A stretch of DNA of 64,000 nt, taken from Enoplolaimus lenunculus (taxonomy: Eukaryota). The DNA lies in contig JASANG010003345.1 in NCBI GenBank assembly GCA_030248215.1, positions 124,001 to 188,000 of the forward strand. Reading direction: 5' to 3'. The translations under genes were made by a program, and so were the position numbers. The notes beneath the pieces were generated by a model that was not told the DNA's origin, did no database searches, and worked only from the letters and a program-made list of their open reading frames with translations. This document shows positions 1-12,286 of this stretch, one piece after another. Every line of letters begins with the position of its first letter. Position 1 is the stretch's first letter.

Positions 1-1350
1 ACGTCTTAAAGCTGTTGAAAAGATGAATGCTAATATAGGGCGTTGTAAGGAAGTAACTGGGTCTGTCGCCTCGCTATTTATCCAATACTTGGTTCCAATG
101 ACCGGTTAATGCCACGTTGGGGCAAAAAGGGCAAATATGGTCTGCTGTGGTGGCAGCCTCCTCGAGATCGCGGATGCGCGATACCGTATCTTTTGGACTC
201 CTACCAGAAATAGCGCTGGTTGGTTTGCGTTGACTCGGAGCATCTAGACATAGTGTGCCTTAATTCGATACATCCTAAGCCGACCTGACTGTTACATACC
301 TAAATCCACACGACCGTGTGTGTTTCTTGGAAAATGTTGTTGTGGTTGTTTGTTTTTGACGGCTTTTGGTGCATTTTATATCTCCCCATTTCTGTTTTCA
401 GTTCTATCAGTTATTACCAACCGGTATCTAATTTGCATAAAATTTATTCAAATTTCCCCAGCCTCTATGCAATTTACCTCGACCGTTAGCTGAACTTTTC
501 AGCTATAAAAGGAGCTGATAGTACGTCTTTGAAGTGGAGTTGTGGCTTTTGGTTCGTTGCGCTATCAGTTTATCAGTTTTAACGCTTATTTAAACGTTTT
601 CGGAAGCCAGTTCTATTCGGAACTGGCAGTTGGCCCAAATTCAATGCTGAATCTGGCTGCAAATGAGTTTGGCCCAAACCGCCGCGGTGAGCGGTGGCCG
701 ACCGTTCCACCGTCACTGAAGGCGCACGGCTGTCGATTATAACTTTTCCACTTATATAATCTCCAGATTTAAATATAAGTTGTAGATAGCTTAACTATAT
801 TTCCGAATTTTGTATGTTAGATATACATTCAAACCAGGCTGTAACCGAATATTCAAAGTTTCCGTTAAAATTCAATGTCCGTTTCCATTTCTGTTATAGA
901 AATACCGGAAATTCTGTTATGTTTATGCTCGAGACTTGTTAAAAATCACGTATACATGTTTTTCACTACAGATGTGCTGCAATTAATTGATCGATATGAA
1001 GTAAAAATTACAAAAATCATCCAAAATCTTAAAAATTTCAGTGTATCCGCTAGTTTTTCTTTAAAATTTTACAAAGCCCGGTAATATTCACTGGCATGCC
1101 TCAATTGTGCGGCCGAAAAATAAAACATCTTTGAAAGTTTTATACTTCAATATCCGTTTTCCATTTCCGTTTCTGTTATTTTGATCACTAACCATTTTCG
1201 TTATTTTTACTACCCGTTTACAGCCTGATTCAAACCGTAGAGAATTCGTATATATTTCAGCTAATAGCGCCTGACAAACTAAAATGAGTTTGAGCTGATG
1301 GAAAAAAGTATAGTTGTGGAAATATTTTGACAATCTGAAGCAATCACGCA

Positions 1351-1972
1351 ATGACATTATCAAACAAGCAAGCTGCGATTAGCAAACTATGGCTAGGAAT
1401 GCATGCAGTAGCAATATGCATACTTAGCTTGGTACTAGCTACGCTAGCATGTCAGTTGCTAACGTACGCAGAATGCGTTCGCATTGTCCAATATGCAACT
1501 CCAACGGTAGAATCTATTGCTTACGAAATTTCTGCAACAAACAGACCCACAACAACGAAACCAAAAATCAATATAACAACCACTACTGGAATTCCTAGAA
1601 TTAATTTCAAACAATTACTTACTCGAAACGTAACCCCAATTGAACAATTTACACACGAAGCTGAAATGCGAGCAAAACTTCTCGAGCACAACGCCTTGAT
1701 CGAAACTCGGCGACTTGGCGGCGCGCGGTGGAAGCCAGCATCAGAATGGTTTCACTTCAAAAATATTTATTCAGCAACAAATGCCAGCGATGAGAATGGC
1801 AAAGAGCAAAGGTTGCCGAGTGCCGATGAGCTGGACAGCTCGTTGGAGATGTATAGTGAAAATTTGACCGTTGATCACAATTATACCGGAGTTCTAGTGT
1901 TCTCGAAGAATCGGACAGGAGCCGCTGCGAGTCCCCTGATACGCGAGTGTGATTTGTCACCGTCTGAACTCA
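1351..1972 (+). CDS. GT7 paralog A, exon 1 (cytoplasmic tail, signal-anchor and stem of a beta-1,4-Gal/GalNAc transferase); orphan exon, catalytic exons not found downstream
   Basis: ATG at 1351 opens an uninterrupted frame. Hydrophobic segment LWLGMHAVAICILSLVLATLACQLL. Clearly homologous to exon 1 of paralog C (INFxQLLTxNVTPIxQFxHEAExRAKxxEHNALIETRRLGGA...ECDLSP). Phase-1 donor A|GTAAGT after 1972, at the same position as in B and C. Confidence 0.75.
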
Positions 1973-4900
1973 GTAAGTTTTCAGCGGCATTTGCTATTTT
2001 ATTATTTTTCCTTCAAACATTACATTCCAATGTATGAGCTGCTTCAAACCTTTAATTAACCCCGTAACCTTCTGTATTTTATGTATTTCTTATATGACAG
2101 AGTGTTCACAAGGCGGTTGAATTGAGCTTGGGTTTGTTGAAGCAATGACCTTTGTCTCCATTTTTGTTCAACAACTGCAACAGATATCAATTTTGCTCGA
2201 GGCCCGTAGCCAGATGGGCCTGGCATAGCCTTCGTTCTGGAACAAGTTTGGCCCAATTTAGCAAAGTATTGAACTAGCGTGTGTAAAATCGATTTGAAAT
2301 CGTTTCATACCCGTCTTTAATCTATTTTCGCCCACCATGTAGTGTAGCATCTTGGAACTGACTACAAGCTTGTTTCAGGCCTCAATTTTTATTACAAGCC
2401 GTCACGCCATTCATCAAGCTTACTTATTATTTTTCCTTTGTAATTCAGTTATAAGACATAAATGCAAATCACACAATAAATTGATCATAAGTTGTCTTTT
2501 GTTAAAAATTTCGTTTTCGATAAATCAAATAATTACTGAATAACGCAACTTTTTGGCAGTGCTTGAGATACAAGCCAATGTTCGTCCAAATCTGGAAGTC
2601 GATTTTCTATCGAAGCCAGTAACAGACCAGTAAATATAGCCTGTGCTAAGAGATTAGCTAAAAAAGTAGCACAATACCGAACTCTAGTTACCAATCTGTC
2701 TAAATCATCTTACCGGTGAAATTTGATACGACCGTATAATATATAAAAGAGCTATAATATATACAGGAAAAAAAACTACAATTTTATACGCATTTACTTT
2801 AATTTGTTTACTTCCGGCAGGCAGAGTTTTTACTGTATCTAAGTCAAGTTCCACACAACGCTTTTAACAAAAGAACCGCTGTCTGGCGTAAGCATACAGT
2901 TTGAGCTTGGCTTTTTGCAGGCGTGATTATATTGGAAAAATAATATCGCTTTGAATGTTGTTTTTTTTGTTTGAATTAACAAAAACCAGGAACGCGACCA
3001 AGATTTTATTTAAGAGGGATATGTAACCTCACAATGAAAGTATTCGACGGGCGAACACAGCGACCGACAACCATATCCGGTAGGTTGTTGTTGTTAAAAG
3101 CATGTCATACCAACGAATTTTTTCGTTATTCCAGGAAATTTGTGGGTATATTTCTAGCCACGCTTGTATGTATCCTGGCAGCGTCGTAATGTTTGATAAT
3201 ACGTTTGGAAGGTTGTTTGTAAGAGATACAAACAATACGAAATAGCTGGGACGTGATTGTAAAAAGTATCGTTTGAAAGTTATTTTATGTAACAGCAAGA
3301 AAAGCTGAAGATATTTTGTAAGATGCGCACTATAGCAAATGCCCATTATATCTGTGTAATTAAAGCTGGAACGCCACACATACGTATTTTTGCCACCGTT
3401 TAAGGCCATTTTATATGCAAATTAAATGTATTACGAAACTTGAACAGATTGACAGATTTTAGTTTACGTGTTGTTCTACAAAAAGATTTTTAGTTGAAAT
3501 GCTACATTTCCGGCCAATACATTTGGTGTCGGCTGCAAATACTGCAACCACGTTGACTAGTATAGTTTTAGCGCCAATCGAAATGTAGTTGAAAGGTAAA
3601 ATTATTGTTTTGTTTAAAATAATTAGGAATATCACTCACTGGTCGAAGTTTACGGTCCAGAATATGTTTGGCTTTCAAGCGTTAAATTAAAAAAATTCAA
3701 GAAAATATACAATAATTCAATTACTTAACAAAAAAATCGGCGTGTCTGGTCCATCGTAATGTGATCAAAATACTAAAAACATTAGCCTATTATATTGAAA
3801 ATATTGTTCCTACTGTACGCTAGTTATATACACTTAATCCGTCGGAAAAATATCGTTCCTGCTGTACGCTGGTTATACTTAATCCGCCGTGAAACCAGCG
3901 GATACAAGACGGATCTGGTGACATAACTTCCAAAAAATTGAGGAGAAAAAAAGACTCCATTGCAGACTTAATCAGCAAACCGGTAAACTGTGGAATTCGA
4001 AAAAAATTTTTCTTGATCGTCACGCCCGTTCGCAAAGAAAAATATTTAAATGACATGATACCCTCTGGAAATGATTCCCTGACTACGCCTGTGGGTCCAG
4101 GAAACCGCATAACTGACCATAAACAGATTCGTTAAGGGTATTACGATGGCTCTTAATATATATGAACCGTACTGATACCGGAGGTTTTAAGGAAATGATA
4201 TTTTGCGTTTAATCTCTAAAGCCTTTGCCTAAAGCTATAAAATCCACAACCAGCGGTCCATATTTTGCCGGAACCGAACGGAGAGTTCTCGTTACCGTGG
4301 CATCCAAGTGCGAGGGAATTTGTTTATAGATCTCCGTACTCCCGTACTCTTTTATTTGCCAATCAGTAATACGCTTAGTGCCTGGAGCAGGCAATGGTGG
4401 AACTCCCTCCAAATTCCAGAGTGGGGCCCCCAAACTCGCGAGCCACGCGAGCAAAAAGCCAGACGCATTTTAAAACTTAAGCGGTTTTTGTTTCAACCAG
4501 TTAGGGTGGAGGCCCCTTTAGGGGTGTGGTTCCTCCAAAATAGAGGGTCTGGTGGCTGGCTGCTCCGGCCATGAATATGTTTTTTCATAATAAGCAGTGT
4601 TGGTTATTTGTGAAAAAAGTGATTGGATAGGAAAGACTGAGTGTCCGTTTCCGGAAAAAACACGGAAAAATTGAAAAACATGTGCTCGTACGTCAACAAA
4701 TGCTAATACGTTTCTCCAACTATTTTGGAGCTCAACGATTCATTTGTAGATTTTAATACTGTCTAGGTAACATAAATCTGACTACAATTTTTCAATACGG
4801 ATTATATATGTAGTTTTGGTTTCATTTATTCGGCATAGAAAACAGTATACGCGAACCGTATTTTTATTAATTAAAGGAAGCCACTGTAACCCCAAATTAG

Positions 4901-5859
4901 ATATAACTGCTAACAACCCAACCGCTGCGTTACTATTTCCGGATATGGATTCCATCCTGAATATTTCCAAGTAGATCCGAAACCATTATGTACAAATCAA
5001 AATGCCTCTCCCATATGGGGCCGGCTAAGGGATGCCTGACTGCTTCTACTTGGCCCGTATTTATCACATGCATATAACCAGTTTTAGCGTTAGCTTTTCA
5101 AACTTGACAAACACCTGCAATTGGGATTGATTGCCAGCAGGTGTGATAAGTGCTACATACATTTGAGAATACGAGCCCTTGACTGAAGTAACCAGAAAAT
5201 GGTTTAACAGATGTTACACGGCCACTTGAACTACCTATTGTCGGACGTCGTTTTTTTATATTTTTAATTAATTTTGTAAACTTAAATTTTTAGACCATAA
5301 TTGGTTCAAAATTGTAAACATTTCACGTTTTTACCATAGTCATTTACAAGATGGAAATAGAAAAGATAGTACTTTAACAGGCTGTCAAGTAACTTGCAGA
5401 AATCAAATAATTTTTTGTTCGCTTAGCTTGCTAGCAACAACATTTAGACGTGGTTATCGCCTCCCCTATGCCCCTATTTTGAGGTTTGAAATTATTTTTC
5501 TTAGCCTCTACGCGATCACTTGTAGGGCTTCAGGCACACACGTACAACGCTGCAATGAGAGGGTGTGGTCCTGATTGATTTGGTTTAAGTATGTTTGCGA
5601 ATAGAATTTCTTGTATTGCAAAGTATCTCTGAGCATTAAAGTACCAAATTTCTGGTATTTCTATAACGAAAACGAACACGGATTTTATCGGAAAATAAAT
5701 CCGCTTACGTCTTGTAATCGGCCATTCTTATTCCTCAATCGTTTAGGGTGAATGCCTCTATCAAACAGCGAGAGCCTTTACGGACGGTTGCTTGAAGAAT
5801 GAGATACGTGGTGCTGTAGCCACCGTAACAAATATTTCTATAACGGTAAATTTTCTCTA

Positions 5860-6024
5860 CACTGCAAAAAATGGTGTGTCAAATTGATTCGATTCTGCCA
5901 GAGTCAAACAATGCGAGTAAGTGAGTCGAATTTGACTCTGGCGGTGCCGAATTTGACTCAGTTTGTATAGTCCCGTAGAGCCCATTTCAAAGAGACTCAA
6001 TTTGACTCACCATTTTATGCAGTG
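5860..6024. mobile_element. Tc1/mariner-type MITE (TIR CACTGCAAAAAATGGTG, TA TSD)
   Basis: TA|CACTGCAAAAAATGGTG...CACCATTTTATGCAGTG|TA. Further copies at 50729-50857 and a partial one at ~56545-56650. Confidence 0.75.
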
Positions 6025-8758
6025 TAGCTATTTCTACTATTGTACCGCTAAAATTGCGTTTAGGCTTCTTTGGTAGTATTTACTGCGCTCTGTCATGCTG
6101 GCAGAGATTTCTTGATACGTAACAGGAGGCGCTCAGAATATTAACTCAGCAGCCTTTACGATATTGCCAGAAAAATACTTCACGCCACGATCGCAGCCTT
6201 AAATTAGTTTCGAGAGGGGCTAACTTAACTTTTAAATGTTTTTGGCGAGCGAGAATAGCGAATGAGAAATCACTTCAACCGCTGCCAACCCATTCTACAG
6301 CACAAAACACATACCTTTTTTCGAGTTTTTTCAGCAATTTCGGGAATATATCTTCCCTATTTTGTCTTGGTATACCCTCCTGCGTCACACTTGCCATTTC
6401 AACTATCGTTCGGCGCTGAGATTGCTAGCGTTCAAATTGTATTTACCACAAAAAAATCACTAAAACACTTTTGAGAAGTATATATTTACTCTTATAAAAG
6501 CCTGGCATACGATGAAAGGTGATAATTGCGCTTTTATACCCGGCGAAAATATCTATTCAAAAAGAAAGCTAGAAATTTAGAGACTCGATGATTGATTTTT
6601 AACCAGTTTTAGGTTCACATTTTCATTGCTGGTTAGCGAAAACGACGCAATTCTGGGACGACTGTACGTCATAATTATTGCCGTTATGTGCGTATAAAGA
6701 CAGAAGCGCACGGGCGCTACCGTCAGTGTCCCACCGCCGGTGGTTTGCCTCCGGCGTCCGGCTTCGCTAGACATTCTGCCGGAGGTTGTTGCATTTTCGA
6801 TGACGAAATTTGGCATAATTTTACAAAGTTTATTTGTTTGTGCTTTTTGTGTTAACTTTTGAAACAATTTTGAGGAAAAAAATTGTCGAGATTTCGTTAA
6901 AAATAAAGTGGAAAGTCAAAAGATTTAACGTCTTACAGATATTTGCTAAAATTAGCGAATTAAACATCATCCTAACCGCGTAATTTCGCCTCGCTTCCCC
7001 AGCTTCATCTGCGGCTCCGGCAACATTCGTTGACCCCCTGCTCTGGCTGCAGTATTTTTTACCTTCGGTTGCACCCTAGCTGCCGCCCTTCCACCCGTTC
7101 ACTGGACCACGGGCGACACCGATCCGCTGTGCAGGTTGAAAAATGTTCGCCGCAATTCTTCCGAGTTGAGTAACATTAATATAGTAATAAGATGTGATGG
7201 ACAAACAAGACGAAATTCGAACATGTTTTAGAAGACAAATAACTAATTAAAACCGCTAAGTTCAAAGAAACTACAACTTGCTACAAATACCCCTTTTTCT
7301 AATAAGACCATTAGGACGAGAAAGACAAACTTCACGGAGGTATGAAAACGGTAAAAGTATTAAGTTTATAACTTAATAATAACAAAACCTTCGTCTTATA
7401 AGCAAAAATAGCTTTCTAAGCCTTTTACTGGCCGGGCCCGAAAAATGCTGATTTAGCATATATACTTAAAAGTTTAAATATCGATGCTGCGACCTATGAT
7501 GGCGTCCTGATATTTATCAAATGATAATATCTTTTTTTCATCAGTCATGTAAATATTTTTTACAAATCCTGTTTCAATTTTAACGTCAATTGCATTTTTA
7601 AATCATAAAATATACATCCAATTTTAACTTTTTCAAATACTGCCTCTATTCGAGTACGTTTACTAGGTACACTATTCCGTCTGCGTATGAGAGTAAATTG
7701 TCTATCATCAATTTGTAAACGGAAATGTTCCATAAAAACGTACCAGGGTGTAATCGAAAACGGAAACGGATAGTGATCAAAACGTCCTGAAACGGAAAAC
7801 GGATATCGAAGTATAGAAGTTTCAAAGATGTTTTGTTTTACTGCCTTCACAATTGAGGCATGCCAATCAATATTTGCCGGACTTTGTAAAATTTAAAAGA
7901 AAAAATAGTGGATGCACCGTAATTGTTGAAAATTTTGGTTGAATTTCGTAATTTTCAGTTCATTGCAAACAATTTCAACATATCTGTATGGAAAAATTCC
8001 GATATATACGTTGTTTGCAACTTTTAATCAATTTGATTACTATCCGTTAACGGTACTGTTTCCAAATATGCGTTTTCGGCATTTTGATACCTATATCCGT
8101 TGACAAATTCCTTCCATATTTTGTGTTGACCTACACATGTCTTGTTGCGTTTCAGATATCCAGGGCCCGAGTAGTTACCCCCCATACTCCCATTTAGGAG
8201 TTATAGTCCTAAAGCGGCGCCCACCCTAACCGGTTGAAACAAGAAAACTGCAGGTTTTGAATTGCGCTTGCTTACGTTCGCTTCGCTCGCGAGTTTTTGA
8301 CACTATTCTACTTTGACGCGATTCTTTTAATAGCTTCACACTGGGCGCAGACCTTAAAATGTAAATTACCTGAAATGAAATATTCAAGAACGGTAATAAA
8401 AACAATTTTGGAGTGAGGGGTTCCGTGTACTGTCTCCCCTGCTTGGAACATATGAAGATTGTATAAGCTTTTACCTAAATCATTAGCTGTTCAGCTTCTT
8501 AAGCAGAAAATGTGAAAAAAATCGCGCTTCACTCGAAGTGCGATTTATTTGCAAAAATGGGTTCACTTTCCTGATCCATGATTGTGCAACTTTGTTTGAC
8601 ACTATTTTTGGAACGGTGTCCTCTCAGCTATCAAACCCGAGCGTGAGTGCCGAGCGCGAGCAATTTCAAATCACACACACAGGAATTCTGGATCCGTCTC
8701 TACGTTACGGGCCCCTGCCCAGTAGGTTGGGGACAACCCCCACCCCTGTCTGCTTCGG

Positions 8759-8905
8759 AACAGCAGTGCTGTTTACAGTATTGCAGCGTTACAAAATCAA
8801 TGGTTTGAACAGTCCGGGAACACTAAACTACACGATCCTCTACGATAAACAGCGGCCATTGTTTGAACACATGGTCATCAATGGTAAACCACCCCCCCCC
8901 GTTGA
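8759..8905 (+). pseudogene. Degenerate terminal exon (exon 6) of a GT7 paralog
   Basis: Translates as VLFTVLQRYKINGLNSPGTLNYTILYDKQRPLFEHMVINGKPPP versus B exon 6 LLFTGLRRYKIDGLNSLGTLNYTILYVKQRPLFEHIMVDIGKPPPGF*. The acceptor position reads TTCGG instead of TTCAG, and a poly-C run puts the TGA (8903-8905) out of frame. Confidence 0.8.
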
Positions 8906-10583
8906 TACCCAAAACGCTCAACAAGCAATGTGTCTTTCGTAAAGAAGCAGGGCGAAAATTTGTCTGGGGTTTAGAATGACATGGATAGCGAACCCCAGAC
9001 ACCCGAAACTATGTGCCAAATGGCTTTTCTATCCCAGTTGTTATCAAGGCACAACCGAAGGTCTGCCTTTTGCTCCGGCAGAAAATCCAGTGGAATTTCT
9101 GCCGGAAGTTCTCTACAAATTCGGAAGCGAACCTTTTCTTAGGTTTACAAAAATTGTATTTTGCGGTGTGCTTTTTTTGTTAACGTTTGGTACCGTTTTA
9201 TTGAGTTAATTTTTGGGAGGCATTTTGCAAAAAACATAGGTGAAAACAGAAATTTTTGACAACGCATTTATAGATATTTGCTAAAATTAGCTTATAATTA
9301 AACATATTTTAAATATGACATTTTCATTTCTCTCCGGTTTCACCTCCGGCTCCGACTCATTACGTTTGCCACAAAAGACATGTTATGGTATCTCTAACAG
9401 AATTCCTCTAGTGCTTGGCCCACAACCATTTTGTGCTTGCGATAGGGTAAGTTGCGTACGAAGGTGACCCTTTCAATTCAGCAGCCCCCTGTATCCAAGC
9501 GTATATCGAGCCTAAAAACGCTTCACAAATTCATTTTTACTAACACCGATCCGTTTTCAGACTGCTAGCGTTCAAATTGTATTCCCACACAAACCACGCT
9601 AGAACACTTTCGAAAAGCATATATTCAACCTTATACAAGCCTGACGTACGCCTAATGGTGATAAAATTGCACATTTATACACGGCGAGAATAATTATTCA
9701 AAAAGTTGTAATTTTACAGGTATGATGATTGATTTTTAAGCATTTTTAGGTTCACATTTTCATTGCTGGTAACATAACTGCAATTTTGTACCGACTTACA
9801 TTGCAAAGGTTAGCCGATATCAGCATACAAGACACGGGGTAAACAATCTACTGCCCGTCTACTCGTTCCCAGTACCCCTGGCAGTGCTGTTCCACTTTGT
9901 AAGTTGGAAAAAAATTTGCGACGGAATATGTCATCTTAAAGTATCGAAATAATTGCTGAGTCCGATGGCAAAAATTGCACAAAGCACGATAGTGCTACAT
10001 TTTTTGTTAGCATTACAAAATGACCTTACCTTATCTAAGCTGCCTTATCTCACATGTTGAGGGTCACTCGAATACCTACGTAGCAGCCCTTTGAGGGAGC
10101 AGTCATCTTATAGTAATGTGGAGTTTATACATTGAACGATATTCGATGTTTATTTCATATTAAATTGCAGTGAGTTGATGTTAAATTCAGAATGAGTTGA
10201 ACCACTCAATTTGAGTTGAGACTATCAGCGTTCACAATTGTGTTGTTTATACAACGTATTACGGGTTAATTAGTTAAATCTGAAATTAACTCAACGTAGT
10301 TGACTTATGATTCATCATGATATTAACGCAGGTATTTGTTAACTCGATAGCTGAGTTGATTAATCAACACAATAGAATTTACAGTGGTCGTGCTCAGAGT
10401 TGACGGGTTTGTTTGTTTAACCCGTTTCCACATATTACGTAAGTGTTCTCTATTTTGTAGGAAATGTAATTTAAATCTTGAATTTCACTGAATATTAAAT
10501 GGGCGTAACTAAAACGAGCACGCTCCACAAACGCGCTTTGGACATCTTTCAAGTCAATATGCAAAGTATTAGTAACATACTTG

Positions 10584-11608
10584 TAGTGAGCCGAATAAGA
10601 GGGAGGAGTAATAATGCGGCGTTCACGTTATAACTGGGGCAGCTTGGAACACGTTTTGTCCAATGTTGATTCGACGTCAACATAAAATTCTGTGATCCGA
10701 ATAGCGGTTATGTAGACCAAATGTAAATGTCATATGACATTGGCTTACAAATCACTGATGTCAAGCGATCATCGTATACAAATAACCATTTGTCATGATA
10801 CTGCGGGACATTTATGCGAATATCATATGATATTCCAAAATTTTACTAAATATCATATGATATTTATACAGGACAATGGAATTTGTGCACGCTAAATAAA
10901 CAGTAAAAAGTCGGATAATGCAGCATAAACGATTTCGCAAGTTGAATTAGCTTCTACGTTTCTGTTTCTCGCTAAGTTTTCCCAAAATATATTCCTAAGT
11001 ACAAATAATTCAAATTTGAAATTTTAGTATCATATGACATTCTACAGGACAATCAAGCTGGTTTACCACAACTTTGCAGACATTTTCAAACATATCATAT
11101 GATACTCGCAGACAATATTTGGAATATCATATGATATTGCAGTACGAACAGTAGATGTCACATCAGGATAGCAGACAATTCAAATTTTTTGAATCTCATA
11201 GCGGATAAACGGTCAGACAAAATGTTACCAGCTATAGTCATAGGGACAAAACGTGTTCCAGGCTGCCCCAGTTATAACGTGAACACCGCATAAGAGGGTC
11301 CCCATTTTGAGTCTCAATCAATAGGAGTCCGTATCTCTAATAAGGGTCAGTAAACGGATAGTCTCTAAATTCTAATAGATTCCGTAAATGTCAATTATCG
11401 CATACATAGTTGTGAAAGTACATTCTTACGTATAACCTTGCATTATCGCTTTTTAATTCAACGAATAGTTGCAATACCTGTTATATCAGTAACGAAGGGC
11501 GCCGGAGTGCGGGCTAAAAATAATAACAGTCCGTAACCAAATAACAGTGGGTGCCCTCTGCAGAGGCCAAATGAATATCAGTCCCCCCTTTCTCTTATTC
11601 GGCTACTA
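10584..11608. mobile_element. MITE (TIR TAGTGAGCCGAATAAGAG), interrupted by a second MITE
   Basis: Inverted termini TAGTGAGCCGAATAAGAG / CTCTTATTCGGCTACTA. The uninterrupted left part recurs at ~39149-39295 and the right part at ~44017-44118. Confidence 0.65.
10615..11290. mobile_element. PIF/Harbinger-like MITE, ~47 bp TIR, TAA TSD
   Basis: TAA|TGCGGCGTTCACGTTATAACTGGGGCAGC...GCTGCCCCAGTTATAACGTGAACACCGCA|TAA. Related fragments at ~47790-48420, ~48780-48830 and ~61480-61970. Confidence 0.8.
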
Positions 11609-12286
11609 GAGTTCTAAATGGAAGAATGCATTGATTTTGTTTTTGTACCGTTTTGAGAGAAGATGTTTAATAGTTGCGGTGTCGACGTGTTCTTAACGAA
11701 TTAGTTTATGCATAGATACTGTTCAGACTTACAGGCAAAATGTGTCCTGTTTTAAGGGGGCTTTAAGTTGTGACATTCAGTCTATAGGCTGGCGCGCATG
11801 GCTCAAAATTTCCCATCAGACCTCTGGCGATAAACGACTTTGGCTTTGCGCTTACTGTGTCGCTGACGAGTATTTCACTCAAGTTCGATCAGAAAATTTT
11901 GCAGAATATATGTTAGCGTCAGTTGCAATTTATATTGCAATCACGTTTACTAGCTGAAATTTTAAAGTTAAGTGATGTGTTAAACGCTTTCAAAATCATG
12001 GTGTGCCTCAGGAAACTGTTTTGTTCATATTATGTGTCTATTTATGTTTTCGTTTGACTAAATGTTTACCGCTAAGTTAGTACTAAACCTTGCTAATACC
12101 TTTTAGATTATAGCCAACACACTAAACAGATAACTAGCGAAGTAAAAATTAAAACTAAAACTGTTAATTTAAAACTTAAAAAATACGTATTATGCTAAAT
12201 TGGTTAAATCTGCTACGCTAACAAGTGTAGTTGGCAAGCATAGCTGAAATTCAAGCACAACAACCACCATTCTCAAGCAAACAGCT

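Noticed and set aside
1..300. GC-richer minus-strand segment with HICPFCP as a zinc-finger or non-LTR element fragment
   Set aside because: Stops occur in the frames I read, it is truncated by the window edge, and I see no second supporting motif.
8538..8942. 134 aa ORF as an intact gene
   Set aside because: Only the last third is homologous to GT7 exon 6. The rest is repeat-derived, it starts at GTG, and the exon is degenerate.
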